DNA of 64,000 bases, from assembly GCA_014802335.1 (NCBI GenBank), contig JAAVCL010000024.1, positions 7,346-71,345 on the forward strand, in the 5' to 3' direction. The translations under genes and the position numbers were made by a program. Below, one piece after another: positions 30,101 through 37,912 of the stretch; the stretch's first letter is position 1; each line of letters opens with the position of its first letter. Under the pieces are notes generated by a model that saw only the letters and a list, made by a program, of their open reading frames with translations, was not told where the DNA came from and ran no database searches. This stretch comes from Bacteroides sp. (lineage in GTDB: Bacteria; Bacteroidota; Bacteroidia; Bacteroidales; Muribaculaceae).

Positions 30101-30524
30101 GCAGCTTACTGAGACAGTAACATTCCAAAATGCACACCCTGATGTTGACGGTAAGCCTCTTTATAAGTACACCATTAACACTACCGATGAACTTAAAAAT
30201 CCCAAGATTATCTTCAACGGTGGCGGTCAGCAGACCAAAAACTATACGTTTGTGGCAAATGGTATCTATCGTCACGACCAGGGAGATGATGCCGAACCAT
30301 TCGCATTCGTTTCAACCGGAGTCGATAATATCGAAAGCGTTGCTTCAGAAATCAATGTGTATAATCAGGCAGGCAAACTCGTGATCGAAAGTGGAATGGA
30401 TTGCACTGTTCAGGCCGTGCGTCTCGACGGCACTGTTCGCGAGCTCAGAGTATGCGAAGGTTATAACTTCTTTGAACTTCCCAAAGGCTTCTACATCGTA
30501 GCCGGCAAGAAGGTTATCATCTAA
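27123..30524 (+). CDS. Secreted GH13 alpha-amylase, paralog of 22564-26553, with two CBM26-like modules and T9SS-type tail
   Basis: Same GH13 motifs ('FRIDTSGH', 'FGEVC', 'DGHD'); near-identical C-terminus 'PKGFYIVAGKKVII'. Confidence 0.9.
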   Translation: MINLKGIVAGAVMSATALSTGAATFIGDRTDFRDETIYFAMTTRFYDGDHSNNTYCWDGVLNQNDPEWRGDFKGLIEKLDYIKALGFTAIWITPVVENASGLDYHGYHAFDFKKVDPRYESQDVTFQTLIDAVHAKGMKLILDIVLQHTGNFGEESLCPMFVKDYSQNMSNINKSMKLHPNSKLPSNYYSLKPEDQYGHRLGLMKNTRGENQDTHNYWHHYAHFNWDNATRWWGQIAGDCVDLNTENPATSNYIVDCYSNFIKMGVDGFRIDTSGHIARLTFNKAFIPQLHEAAKSPEAIAKRGNTPFYMFGEVCARAEEVIYRDGDYNCSPCFYTWKEEKDYPWDYSETSWDNVVVMEGETGDHVNANSVLQQGEDYTGKSKIKHSNNAWLDGNDYHTPDYSMNSGFNVIDFPMHWRFHRASNAFGVRTQDDYYNDATWNVVYVDGHDYGPNNWDTKSFGGTLNEWAENLSLMFTFRGIPCIFQGSETYFRKGNIIDKGALEPLKNTSRAYYGGYLTGSVNTTDFGVYSNATGNLAASLSHPLALHLQRLNKIRAAVPALRKGQYSTEGCSGNMAFKRRYKDANVDSYVLVTVSGNATFTGVLNGTYKDAITGDVKTVTNGTLTAECNGQGNLRVYVLNGPGKIGDDGQFLYASAPVTATQLPYDGNEEAGDTETVRDTEDYDPGQTARVSFSPNGGAFRTETLTVTAKLDNGASSGWFKVGNNASVSLSGNESKNFTIGEGMNYGDNVTVTWGADDYTGSVVFTKVDPDAVTTIYVTGKNDADISGTNLYAWNGATEYAGAWPGTALTNTVEIDGRSFYSYTLDTADPVNIIFSRNGQQTDDIKGVSGDVYYEYDGASNAEKIDVVVGPKAPVVHANPASGTTFTSTLQVALTVSPAVDIYYTLNGQPASASSTKYTGPITLTETTTINTYAKNEVGEKNQSFTYTKVDKPDTDSMTVYFLDSANWGNVNAYCWDDEHKESTAFSGAWPGKQLTETVTFQNAHPDVDGKPLYKYTINTTDELKNPKIIFNGGGQQTKNYTFVANGIYRHDQGDDAEPFAFVSTGVDNIESVASEINVYNQAGKLVIESGMDCTVQAVRLDGTVRELRVCEGYNFFELPKGFYIVAGKKVII

Positions 30525-30552
30525 TCAAGTTGCTCACAACTCAATAAAAACC

Positions 30553-30584
30553 AAGAAGTCGGATCGCAATGATCCGGCTTCTTT
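30553..30584 (+). terminator. Intrinsic terminator after amylase 2
   Basis: AAGAAGTCGGATC-GCAAT-GATCCGGCTTCTTT. Confidence 0.7.
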
Positions 30585-30600
30585 GTCTATATAGCCACCA

Positions 30601-30680
30601 TTATGCGATAATGTATTACGGACGGTGTTATCCCAGACGTGGCACGCCACGTCCCTACACACGTCCGGCTATGCGTCGCA
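30601..30680 (-). repeat. Single REP unit with conserved flanks
   Basis: GACGTGGCACGCCACGTCCCTAC (30636-30658); flanks match the reverse complement of about 58740-58812. Confidence 0.8.
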
Positions 30681-30834
30681 GATTTAAAATTTTTGCACCT
30701 AATAGTTTCAATCGTACTTGAATTTTTGTTAACTTTGCATCAAAATTGTTTCAACTTTAATGAAATAAGTGCAGAGTCCGATTTTACTTAAAGTGATTCT
30801 TTTAAAGTTAGCCAATTAATCAATCAATCATATC

Positions 30835-32640
30835 ATGAAGATTCTTAAATATTTCGGTGCAGCCGCTCTGCTGGCTGCCTCCTCAATGCCCGCATTTTCA
30901 CTCGGATGGCCTTCGAACTATCAGGGTGTTATGCTTCAGGGTTTCTACTGGGATTCATACGAAGATACCAAATGGACAAATCTCGAATCTCAAGCAGATG
31001 AAATTTCAAAGTATTTTACTCTAATTTGGGTTCCGAATTCAGGTCACTGTTCTTATATGGGCTACATGCCTCAGTATTGGTTCACAAATCACAATTCGGC
31101 TTTTGGAACAGAAGCCGAACTCCTCTCGATGATTTCAACTTATCGTGATAAGGGTGTGGGTTTCATTGCCGACTGCGTTATAAATCACCGTAACGGTGTG
31201 ACCAACTGGTATGACTTCCCCGTGGAGGAATGGAACGGCAAGACCTGGAAAATAGGACTTGAAGGAATATGCTCGAACGATGAAATGGCATACGCAAGCG
31301 GTCAGCCCAAACCCACCGGTGCTCCCGACACAGGCGATAACTTCGATGGCTGTCGCGACCTTGACCATACAAACGCCAATGTGCAGGAAAACTGTAAAAA
31401 CTATGTTAAGTGTCTGCAGGAGAAATATGGATACGCCGGTATGCGCTACGACATGGTGAAAGGTTATTCCGGTTATTATAACGGAATTTACAACCGTTAT
31501 GCCAATGTAGAATTCTCTGTGGGCGAATATTGGGACGGTCAATATGATGCAGTTGCAGCGTGGATTGACGCAACAGGCAAGACTTCTGCCGCTTTCGACT
31601 TCCCGGCAAAATATTGCATCAACGAGGCGTTCGCGAACAACGACATGACAAAACTCGTGTGGAAAGCCAACGGAACGACCGATCAGCCAGCCGGCTTGAT
31701 TCACTTCGGTTATCCGCGTTATGCAGTAACTTTTATTGATAATCACGACACATATCGCGATGGATCTAAATTTACCGGTAATGTTGTGGCTGCCAACGCA
31801 TTTATTCTTCTCAGCCCCGGTACTCCTTGTGTGTTCCTGCCTCATTATCAGCAACACAAAACAGCTATTCAAGAGCTTATAAATATACGCAATGCAGCCG
31901 GAATCCATAACGAATCTCATGTAACAGTGCTTCGTTCATCGCGCGACTGCTATATGGCCGAAGTGACAGGCACAAAGGGTAAAGTGGTTGTTAAAGTCGG
32001 CTCGGCAATGGTCTCTCCGTCGGGCTACGCTGATTCTGATATCAAGGCTGCCGGCAACGATTATTGTGTATGGACAAAAGTGAATGTCAACAATCAAGGC
32101 GGTGGCGGTCAAACTTCCGACAAACCCGAATCATTATACGTAATCGGTGAAACAGCCGGACATCCCTGGGCATACGACAAAGGTGAGAAGATGACTCCCA
32201 CCGAAGACGGCTTCAAGCTGAAAATTGAACTCAGTGGTAGCGACACGTCAACCGACGGATATTTCTCTTTCGTAAAAAATCTTTCGAACAGCTGGGATAA
32301 CCTTAATGCATCAGGTAACCGTTTCGCTCCTTCAATTGACACTCCGATTACTATCAACGGTGCCGGTGCTAAATTTGTGGAACATTCAGTTGGAAACAAT
32401 GCCAAAGCTTTCTATGCTCCCAAAGGAAACTACGAACTTGTGGTAGATTGGCCCACCAAGACCGCCCGCTTATTATCTGTGGTTGGTATCGATGAAATCG
32501 GCGACTCCGACAGTTGGAGCTCAACCGAGGAAGTAGCAGAATACTATACGCTCGACGGCCGCAAAGTAAACGAGCCTCTTGCTCCGGGTCTCTATATTGA
32601 GCGCAAAGGCGCATCAACTCGCAAGGTCCTTATTCCTTGA
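30835..32640 (+). CDS. Secreted GH13 alpha-amylase of a different subfamily, with T9SS-type tail
   Basis: 'VMLQGFYWDS', 'GYMP', 'DCVINHR', catalytic 'RYDMVKGY', 'GEYW', 'FIDNHD'; C-term 'EYYTLDGRKV...PGLYIERKG...KVLI'. Confidence 0.9.
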   Translation: MKILKYFGAAALLAASSMPAFSLGWPSNYQGVMLQGFYWDSYEDTKWTNLESQADEISKYFTLIWVPNSGHCSYMGYMPQYWFTNHNSAFGTEAELLSMISTYRDKGVGFIADCVINHRNGVTNWYDFPVEEWNGKTWKIGLEGICSNDEMAYASGQPKPTGAPDTGDNFDGCRDLDHTNANVQENCKNYVKCLQEKYGYAGMRYDMVKGYSGYYNGIYNRYANVEFSVGEYWDGQYDAVAAWIDATGKTSAAFDFPAKYCINEAFANNDMTKLVWKANGTTDQPAGLIHFGYPRYAVTFIDNHDTYRDGSKFTGNVVAANAFILLSPGTPCVFLPHYQQHKTAIQELINIRNAAGIHNESHVTVLRSSRDCYMAEVTGTKGKVVVKVGSAMVSPSGYADSDIKAAGNDYCVWTKVNVNNQGGGGQTSDKPESLYVIGETAGHPWAYDKGEKMTPTEDGFKLKIELSGSDTSTDGYFSFVKNLSNSWDNLNASGNRFAPSIDTPITINGAGAKFVEHSVGNNAKAFYAPKGNYELVVDWPTKTARLLSVVGIDEIGDSDSWSSTEEVAEYYTLDGRKVNEPLAPGLYIERKGASTRKVLIP

Positions 32641-32717
32641 TACTCATGGTTCTTCTTCCTTGATACTACTTGAGTTTTCATAAAAACATAAAAAATCAAA
32701 CCGTATCTTAAATACAG

Positions 32718-32756
32718 AAACATCGGCTCCCGTTTTGAGTGGAGCCGATGTTTTTT
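32718..32756. terminator. Terminator between convergent amylase 3 and helicase genes
   Basis: AAACATCGGCTCC...GGAGCCGATGTTTTTT. Confidence 0.75.
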
Positions 32757-32830
32757 ATGCGATGTTTATAATGTTTTTTATGCGATGTTTTATATCGGTG
32801 ACGCTGAATAACACAGAATTGTGCTGACGG

Positions 32831-35800
32831 TTACACAACGGGGATAATGCTGTCTTCGTTCACATACCACAGATACCCTTCGACCTTGTGAAATTTACCG
32901 GTTTCCCGCAGCAAAGTCACGTAACGTTTTATCTGATTGAAGTGTTTTTTATCTGTCGGTATTTTTCCGAATTTATAGTCAACCACCACCGCCTTTCCGT
33001 CGGGATAGACAAGCAGCCTGTCGGGACGGCGCGTAACGTAACCACGTTTCAATACCGGCCGTTCATTCAGCACCTTAGCCGAGCCGTCGAACCATCGTGC
33101 CACCTCCGGCCGGGCCAGAGCCTGCTCAAGATCTTTTTCGATGCTCGCGGCAAGCGATGAGGGAATTGTTCCGTCAGACACAAGTCGGATTACTGATTTA
33201 TGAAGGTCTTCGGGCACCTCAACGTGCTCCAGCACCGCATGTTTCAGATTCCCTTCAGAACGTATATCAATGTCTTCGGCATCCGCTTCCTCTTGCTCAC
33301 CGGCGTCGGCAAGCGAGCTTAATTCCGTGAGGCGATATTTGAGCGAGGTCGGTTTCTCTATACCATTGTATTCTTCCAATATTTTCGGTGCCGTTTGAGG
33401 CTTGCGCCATTTGCCGATTTCCTTTACAGGTTCACCCACGTATGCGCTGAATGGCTCCCTTTCTATTTCGATAACATCGCCGGGCAGTTTGGTAATATCA
33501 CTGGTTGCCTTTGTTGCTTCAGATTCGAGAAATTCCATCAAAAAAGAGGCGATGCTCTCTTCATTCTTGCCTCTTTTCGCAGAAGAAAGAATATACATTT
33601 CCTTTTTGGCTCGCGTGAAAGCCACGTAGGCGGCGTTGAGGCGGTCCATGCGGACGCGGTCGTAGAAATCTGTCAGCAACGGCGCATGCATCGTCGATGA
33701 AAGTGAAGACGAAGTTTCAACCGGAAGATAAGGGGGGAGTGGTATGTCGGAATCTGATTCTATCGCAGGTTCAACCCAGCGCCACTCGGCTTTGGTTATT
33801 GTGGAATCTGAAAATTTCCAGTTGGCAAATGGAAGAATCACACACTCATATTGCAATCCTTTCGATTTGTGAACGGTGATGACCTGAACGGCATCAGAAT
33901 CTTTAGGAGAGGCTATCGAGGCCGATTTCCGTTTTCGTTCCCACCATTTCAGAAACGAACCGATGTCTGTGGGATGCCCTTCGCAATATTCCAGCACCAG
34001 GTCTTGAAAGGCGGCAATATAGACGGCATCACTCTTGCGCAGATCTTCATTGACAAATCGGGCCGTAACGGCTTCAACCACCGAGGGAATTGCAAACGAC
34101 TGCATATTGGCCAGAAGGTCGGAAAGTGCGTTGAATTCAGCGCCGCTTTCGATATATGCGTCAAGGGTGGCGGCATTATCCTCATACTTATTGTCAAGTG
34201 TGAAATATCGATAATTTGCAATATGCTCATGCCAATTGCCAACCCCTTTCTTGCGCAGATCTTCTTCGCTGTTTATCTGTGGGTTGGAGCCGCGTGCCAG
34301 ATTTTCAAGTACTCCGGTAATAATATTGACTGCCTGCGACGAACTTACCTTAAGTGACTGCTCGCTTACAAATCTTATTTTTTTGGTGTCGTCGGTAAGA
34401 CGGGAATTATATTCCACTATTTCTTTGATCACATCTTCCCCCTGTTGATGCATATCGACAAGAATGGCAATCTCGCGTTGCAGGAATCCGCGATCCAAAA
34501 GATTCTGAATCAATTGAGGCACTTGCGAAGCGGGGTTGGTTTTGTTGTCTTCGAAAACATGTAATTCCACATACCCTTCCGGCTCCTTTTTATCGGGCGT
34601 CTGCACCACGTTGCCATATAATTCCTTGAATTGCATCCGGGTGGTGTCTCCGACAGTTTCGTCAAGTCTGCGTGCCAGGTATTCGAAAAAAGAATTGTTG
34701 AATTGCACAATCCTCAGATCCGAACGATAGTTGGTGTTTTCCGACGGAACATCTCCGCGTGTCTCAATTCGATTTGCGAATTCCGCCGGTACAACTTCCG
34801 TGATAAGCGAAGGGTCGGCGTTGCGGAAACGATAGATACTCTGTTTTGCATCCCCGATTATCAGATTGCCATTGTCGCGACCTAAACTTTCATGCAGCAG
34901 GGGGCTGAGGTTGTCCCACTGCATCCTCGAAGTGTCCTGAAACTCGTCAATGAGGAAATGATTTAAATGGGTGCCGAGACGCTCATATATGAAAGGGGCA
35001 TCACTGTCACCGATAACACTTCTGAGTATCATCGAAGTTTCTCCCAGTTCAATGGCATTATTATCGTCAAGATATTCCTGCCGCTTTCTGGCCACGATGC
35101 TGAATAAAGCAAAATATGGAAGCCAACGGGAATAGAGCTTCCAATGAAGGAATCCAACGGATGAAGTTAGATTTGTCCATTTTTCAACAGCATCTTGAAC
35201 TTCGCGGATAGAATTTAACACGACTTCTTCGTCATCAGGATTTCCGGCCGCCCATTTCTTCCATGGCTTTCCTTCTGTTACAGAGTCGTTAAATTCCGGA
35301 ATTTTACCGGTGTCCGGATTTGTATCCCATTTTAGTTTTACGGAGCCTCGTCCTGAAAGATTGCGGAAATACATGTCGGGTTTCCCGAGGGCAGCCCTTG
35401 GACCGGCGGTTTTAAGCTCATCGGGCAGTGCGGCGCGCGCCCGGCGAGCCAATGCCTGCATGTTTCGAAACGATTCCTTTACCGGCTTTTCATATTTCTG
35501 CTGCAGTTCAAGATATAACTCCGGAAGATGATCGCCATATTTTTCGAAATATTCTTCTATTTCCCTTCTTATAAGCTTATACTGTTCGTTTTCCATCCGT
35601 TTCACCGATTCAATCAGATCTCCATAAGGATTTTCCGTGCGGTTCTTCGAATCGGTTTCGGGATGTATGAACATATTCCATTTCCCTTTTTCCGTGCGGT
35701 CGATCAGGTGGCGTATCCAGAACGAAGTGGTGGAATCTTTCAGATTGGAGTCAATCTCTTCAAGAGTGGCATCCACACCCATTTGTGACAGAAATTGACC

Positions 35801-36280
35801 GTCGATCTCCACCTGGTATGTATCGTTCAGTTCGGATTCGTATGCAAACGTGCGCAACACGGTCTGAAAAAAGGAGTCGATTGTGGCAACATTGAAATCT
35901 GAATAGTTTTCCAGAAGAATGGAAAGTCCGGTTGCTGCCGTGTGCGCCAATTCCCGTTGCTCAATGTTGAGCGAGTCGCAGAATTCCTCCATATAATCGG
36001 GGAGGATTTTTACTGCCGTGCCGTCGGCTAATATCTTTTCTCTCGTCTTGATTGTGGCAAGGTCATACAGCGCCTCAACTATGCGCTGCTGCATTTCATT
36101 GGTCGCCTTGTTTGTGAAGGTGACGGCGAGAATATGCCGTGCCGAGTCTGTCAATTCACTGTCAGTGCGCAGACGTGTGGCCTCACCCTCCGGGGTGATG
36201 GTCAGAAAATACCATATATATTTCTTGGCAAGGGTATAAGTCTTGCCCGAACCTGCCGAAGCTCTGTAAAGTTCAAGCAT
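32831..36280 (-). CDS. UvrD-family helicase with C-terminal PD-(D/E)XK nuclease (AddA/RecB-like)
   Basis: 'ASAGSGKT', 'TFTNKAT', 'LIDEFQDTS', 'GDAKQSIYRFR', 'TVHKSKGL', 'YVAFTRA', 'RPDRL...VDYK'. Confidence 0.9.
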   Translation of the reverse strand: MLELYRASAGSGKTYTLAKKYIWYFLTITPEGEATRLRTDSELTDSARHILAVTFTNKATNEMQQRIVEALYDLATIKTREKILADGTAVKILPDYMEEFCDSLNIEQRELAHTAATGLSILLENYSDFNVATIDSFFQTVLRTFAYESELNDTYQVEIDGQFLSQMGVDATLEEIDSNLKDSTTSFWIRHLIDRTEKGKWNMFIHPETDSKNRTENPYGDLIESVKRMENEQYKLIRREIEEYFEKYGDHLPELYLELQQKYEKPVKESFRNMQALARRARAALPDELKTAGPRAALGKPDMYFRNLSGRGSVKLKWDTNPDTGKIPEFNDSVTEGKPWKKWAAGNPDDEEVVLNSIREVQDAVEKWTNLTSSVGFLHWKLYSRWLPYFALFSIVARKRQEYLDDNNAIELGETSMILRSVIGDSDAPFIYERLGTHLNHFLIDEFQDTSRMQWDNLSPLLHESLGRDNGNLIIGDAKQSIYRFRNADPSLITEVVPAEFANRIETRGDVPSENTNYRSDLRIVQFNNSFFEYLARRLDETVGDTTRMQFKELYGNVVQTPDKKEPEGYVELHVFEDNKTNPASQVPQLIQNLLDRGFLQREIAILVDMHQQGEDVIKEIVEYNSRLTDDTKKIRFVSEQSLKVSSSQAVNIITGVLENLARGSNPQINSEEDLRKKGVGNWHEHIANYRYFTLDNKYEDNAATLDAYIESGAEFNALSDLLANMQSFAIPSVVEAVTARFVNEDLRKSDAVYIAAFQDLVLEYCEGHPTDIGSFLKWWERKRKSASIASPKDSDAVQVITVHKSKGLQYECVILPFANWKFSDSTITKAEWRWVEPAIESDSDIPLPPYLPVETSSSLSSTMHAPLLTDFYDRVRMDRLNAAYVAFTRAKKEMYILSSAKRGKNEESIASFLMEFLESEATKATSDITKLPGDVIEIEREPFSAYVGEPVKEIGKWRKPQTAPKILEEYNGIEKPTSLKYRLTELSSLADAGEQEEADAEDIDIRSEGNLKHAVLEHVEVPEDLHKSVIRLVSDGTIPSSLAASIEKDLEQALARPEVARWFDGSAKVLNERPVLKRGYVTRRPDRLLVYPDGKAVVVDYKFGKIPTDKKHFNQIKRYVTLLRETGKFHKVEGYLWYVNEDSIIPVV

Positions 36281-36285
36281 AACTT

Positions 36286-36621
36286 TCAGTTTCCCTTCTT
36301 TCCAACCCTGTAACCTTCGGCTCTCAGCAACTCGGTCACCCGTTCTTTGAAGTCTCCCTGAATCAGAATTTCTCCTCCTCTTGACGAGCCTCCGACTCCC
36401 AATTTCTTCTTAAGGTTTCCGGCCACTACGGCAAGTTCATCGTCGCTGCATGTGAAGCCCTCGACGATAGTCGCCGTCTTCCCTTTTCTTCCTTTCTTTT
36501 CAATCACCACATGCAGCACATCCCGCTTGGCCGTGTCTGTATCCGGTTGAGAATTATCCTGCGTTTCAGGACCCGAAGGAAGGTTCTCCCGAAGTTGGCC
36601 AAGCATATCTTTCCAATCCAT
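36286..36621 (-). CDS. yciH: SUI1/YciH family translation initiation factor
   Basis: 'KGRKGKTATIVEGF', 'LKKKLGVGGS', 'ILIQGD'. Confidence 0.9.
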   Translation of the reverse strand: MDWKDMLGQLRENLPSGPETQDNSQPDTDTAKRDVLHVVIEKKGRKGKTATIVEGFTCSDDELAVVAGNLKKKLGVGGSSRGGEILIQGDFKERVTELLRAEGYRVGKKGN

Positions 36622-36624
36622 AAA

Positions 36625-37701
36625 TCAAAGCTTTTTCTTAAGGTCCTGAAGTGAGGCCGGACGGTCCACCAAATCACCATTGGCATCATAAAGGAACACT
36701 GCCGGGAGATTGCTTACATTATAATCTCGCAACGCGGACGAGGATGTACCTTGCGGGTCAAGAACATTTATCCACGGCAGATTGCCGGCTGCCTCCCGCC
36801 ACTCGTATTGGCCGGCGTCGAACGACACTTGATATATTTCAATCGCACCGGGACGCGAATTATATATAGAGGCAAGCTCGCGGTTGAAAATGGGCGATTC
36901 CGATTCATTCATCATCGAGAACACAACAACAACCGGTTTCCCTTTGCCCACCGCATCCGACAGCTTCACGATATTCCCTTTGGTGTCGGGAAGTGCAATA
37001 TCGATAACTTTCAGTTCCTGCGCCTCCATAACGGTTTTCTTGCCACTGTTCGAATTGCGTTTTCTCATCGCCGACAATGAAACGTCTTTCACCATTTGGC
37101 CGTGAGGATCGCCGGGGCGATAGTTGTCGAACTGGGTGGCCACTGCCGTGTAATACTTCACGTCTTGCGGATCAGACGGGTCATAGAGAGGCTTGTTGTC
37201 AAATATCTTGGTGAGAACGTAGTAGCTCAAAATCGAGCCTTCGCCATCTTTGATATATTTTGAATATACACCTTTTTTGAATTCGGCCATTGAGGTGGAA
37301 TCTTTCTTTTCCAAACTTAGCAATTCTTTCTCGAATGCTGTCATAAGTTCGGCTTGTTGAGTGCCGGTCAGCGTGTAATTCTGACCGAAATCCTTTGACG
37401 AAGTGCTGAGTGAAAGGGTCTCGATTGAGTCTATCGGGAGATAAATAAAACTGTTTCCCAGCGAGAGTCTGTAAACTTCGGGAGATGCAGGCGAGTCGCT
37501 TTTGATGGAAAACTCTCCGTTCGAACCCACTTTTGCTGAATCAACAGCAACCCAGCGACCATGAAAATCCGACTTCTCGAGCACAACGCTCTGTCCCTCG
37601 GCTCCATATATCTCACCTTTGATTTTAAACTTCGATTCCGTGCAGGAAACAAGAAGCCCTGAAATTAGCAGAGCTCCACCGATTATATTATGTAGTTTCA
37701 T
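36625..37701 (-). CDS. DUF4369/thioredoxin-fold lipoprotein (TlpA-like; no CxxC visible)
   Basis: Lipobox 'LVSC'; 'FKIKGEI'; 'IALPDTKGNIVKLS', 'IYQVSFD', 'YNVSNLP'. Confidence 0.75.
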   Translation of the reverse strand: MKLHNIIGGALLISGLLVSCTESKFKIKGEIYGAEGQSVVLEKSDFHGRWVAVDSAKVGSNGEFSIKSDSPASPEVYRLSLGNSFIYLPIDSIETLSLSTSSKDFGQNYTLTGTQQAELMTAFEKELLSLEKKDSTSMAEFKKGVYSKYIKDGEGSILSYYVLTKIFDNKPLYDPSDPQDVKYYTAVATQFDNYRPGDPHGQMVKDVSLSAMRKRNSNSGKKTVMEAQELKVIDIALPDTKGNIVKLSDAVGKGKPVVVVFSMMNESESPIFNRELASIYNSRPGAIEIYQVSFDAGQYEWREAAGNLPWINVLDPQGTSSSALRDYNVSNLPAVFLYDANGDLVDRPASLQDLKKKL

Positions 37702-37787
37702 TGTAAATGGTCTTCTTTTTTTACAAATTTAAATAAAATATAGCAATTTATTGTAGCAAATTGGAATAATATTTGTAAATTTGTAAA

Positions 37788-37869
37788 ATAATCGGCCGAG
37801 AAGTGATGTATAGCCAAATGCAACATAATGCACTTGTGGTTGGTCTTAAAGCTTCATTCGGCTGATTAT
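37788..37869 (+). promoter_or_regulatory. Long stem-loop in the pnp 5' leader
   Basis: ATAATCGGCCGA pairs with TCGGCTGATTAT (one G-U), with inner paired segments; begins just after a TAAATTTG -7 element (37776-37783). Confidence 0.55.
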
Positions 37870-37912
37870 AAGCTGAATACGTGTAGAAAAACAATAACGA
37901 ATACAATCATTA

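Noticed and set aside
32748-32795. Direct repeat ATGTTTTTTATGCGATGTTT x2
   Set aside because: Local slippage duplication at a terminator tail; no sign of function
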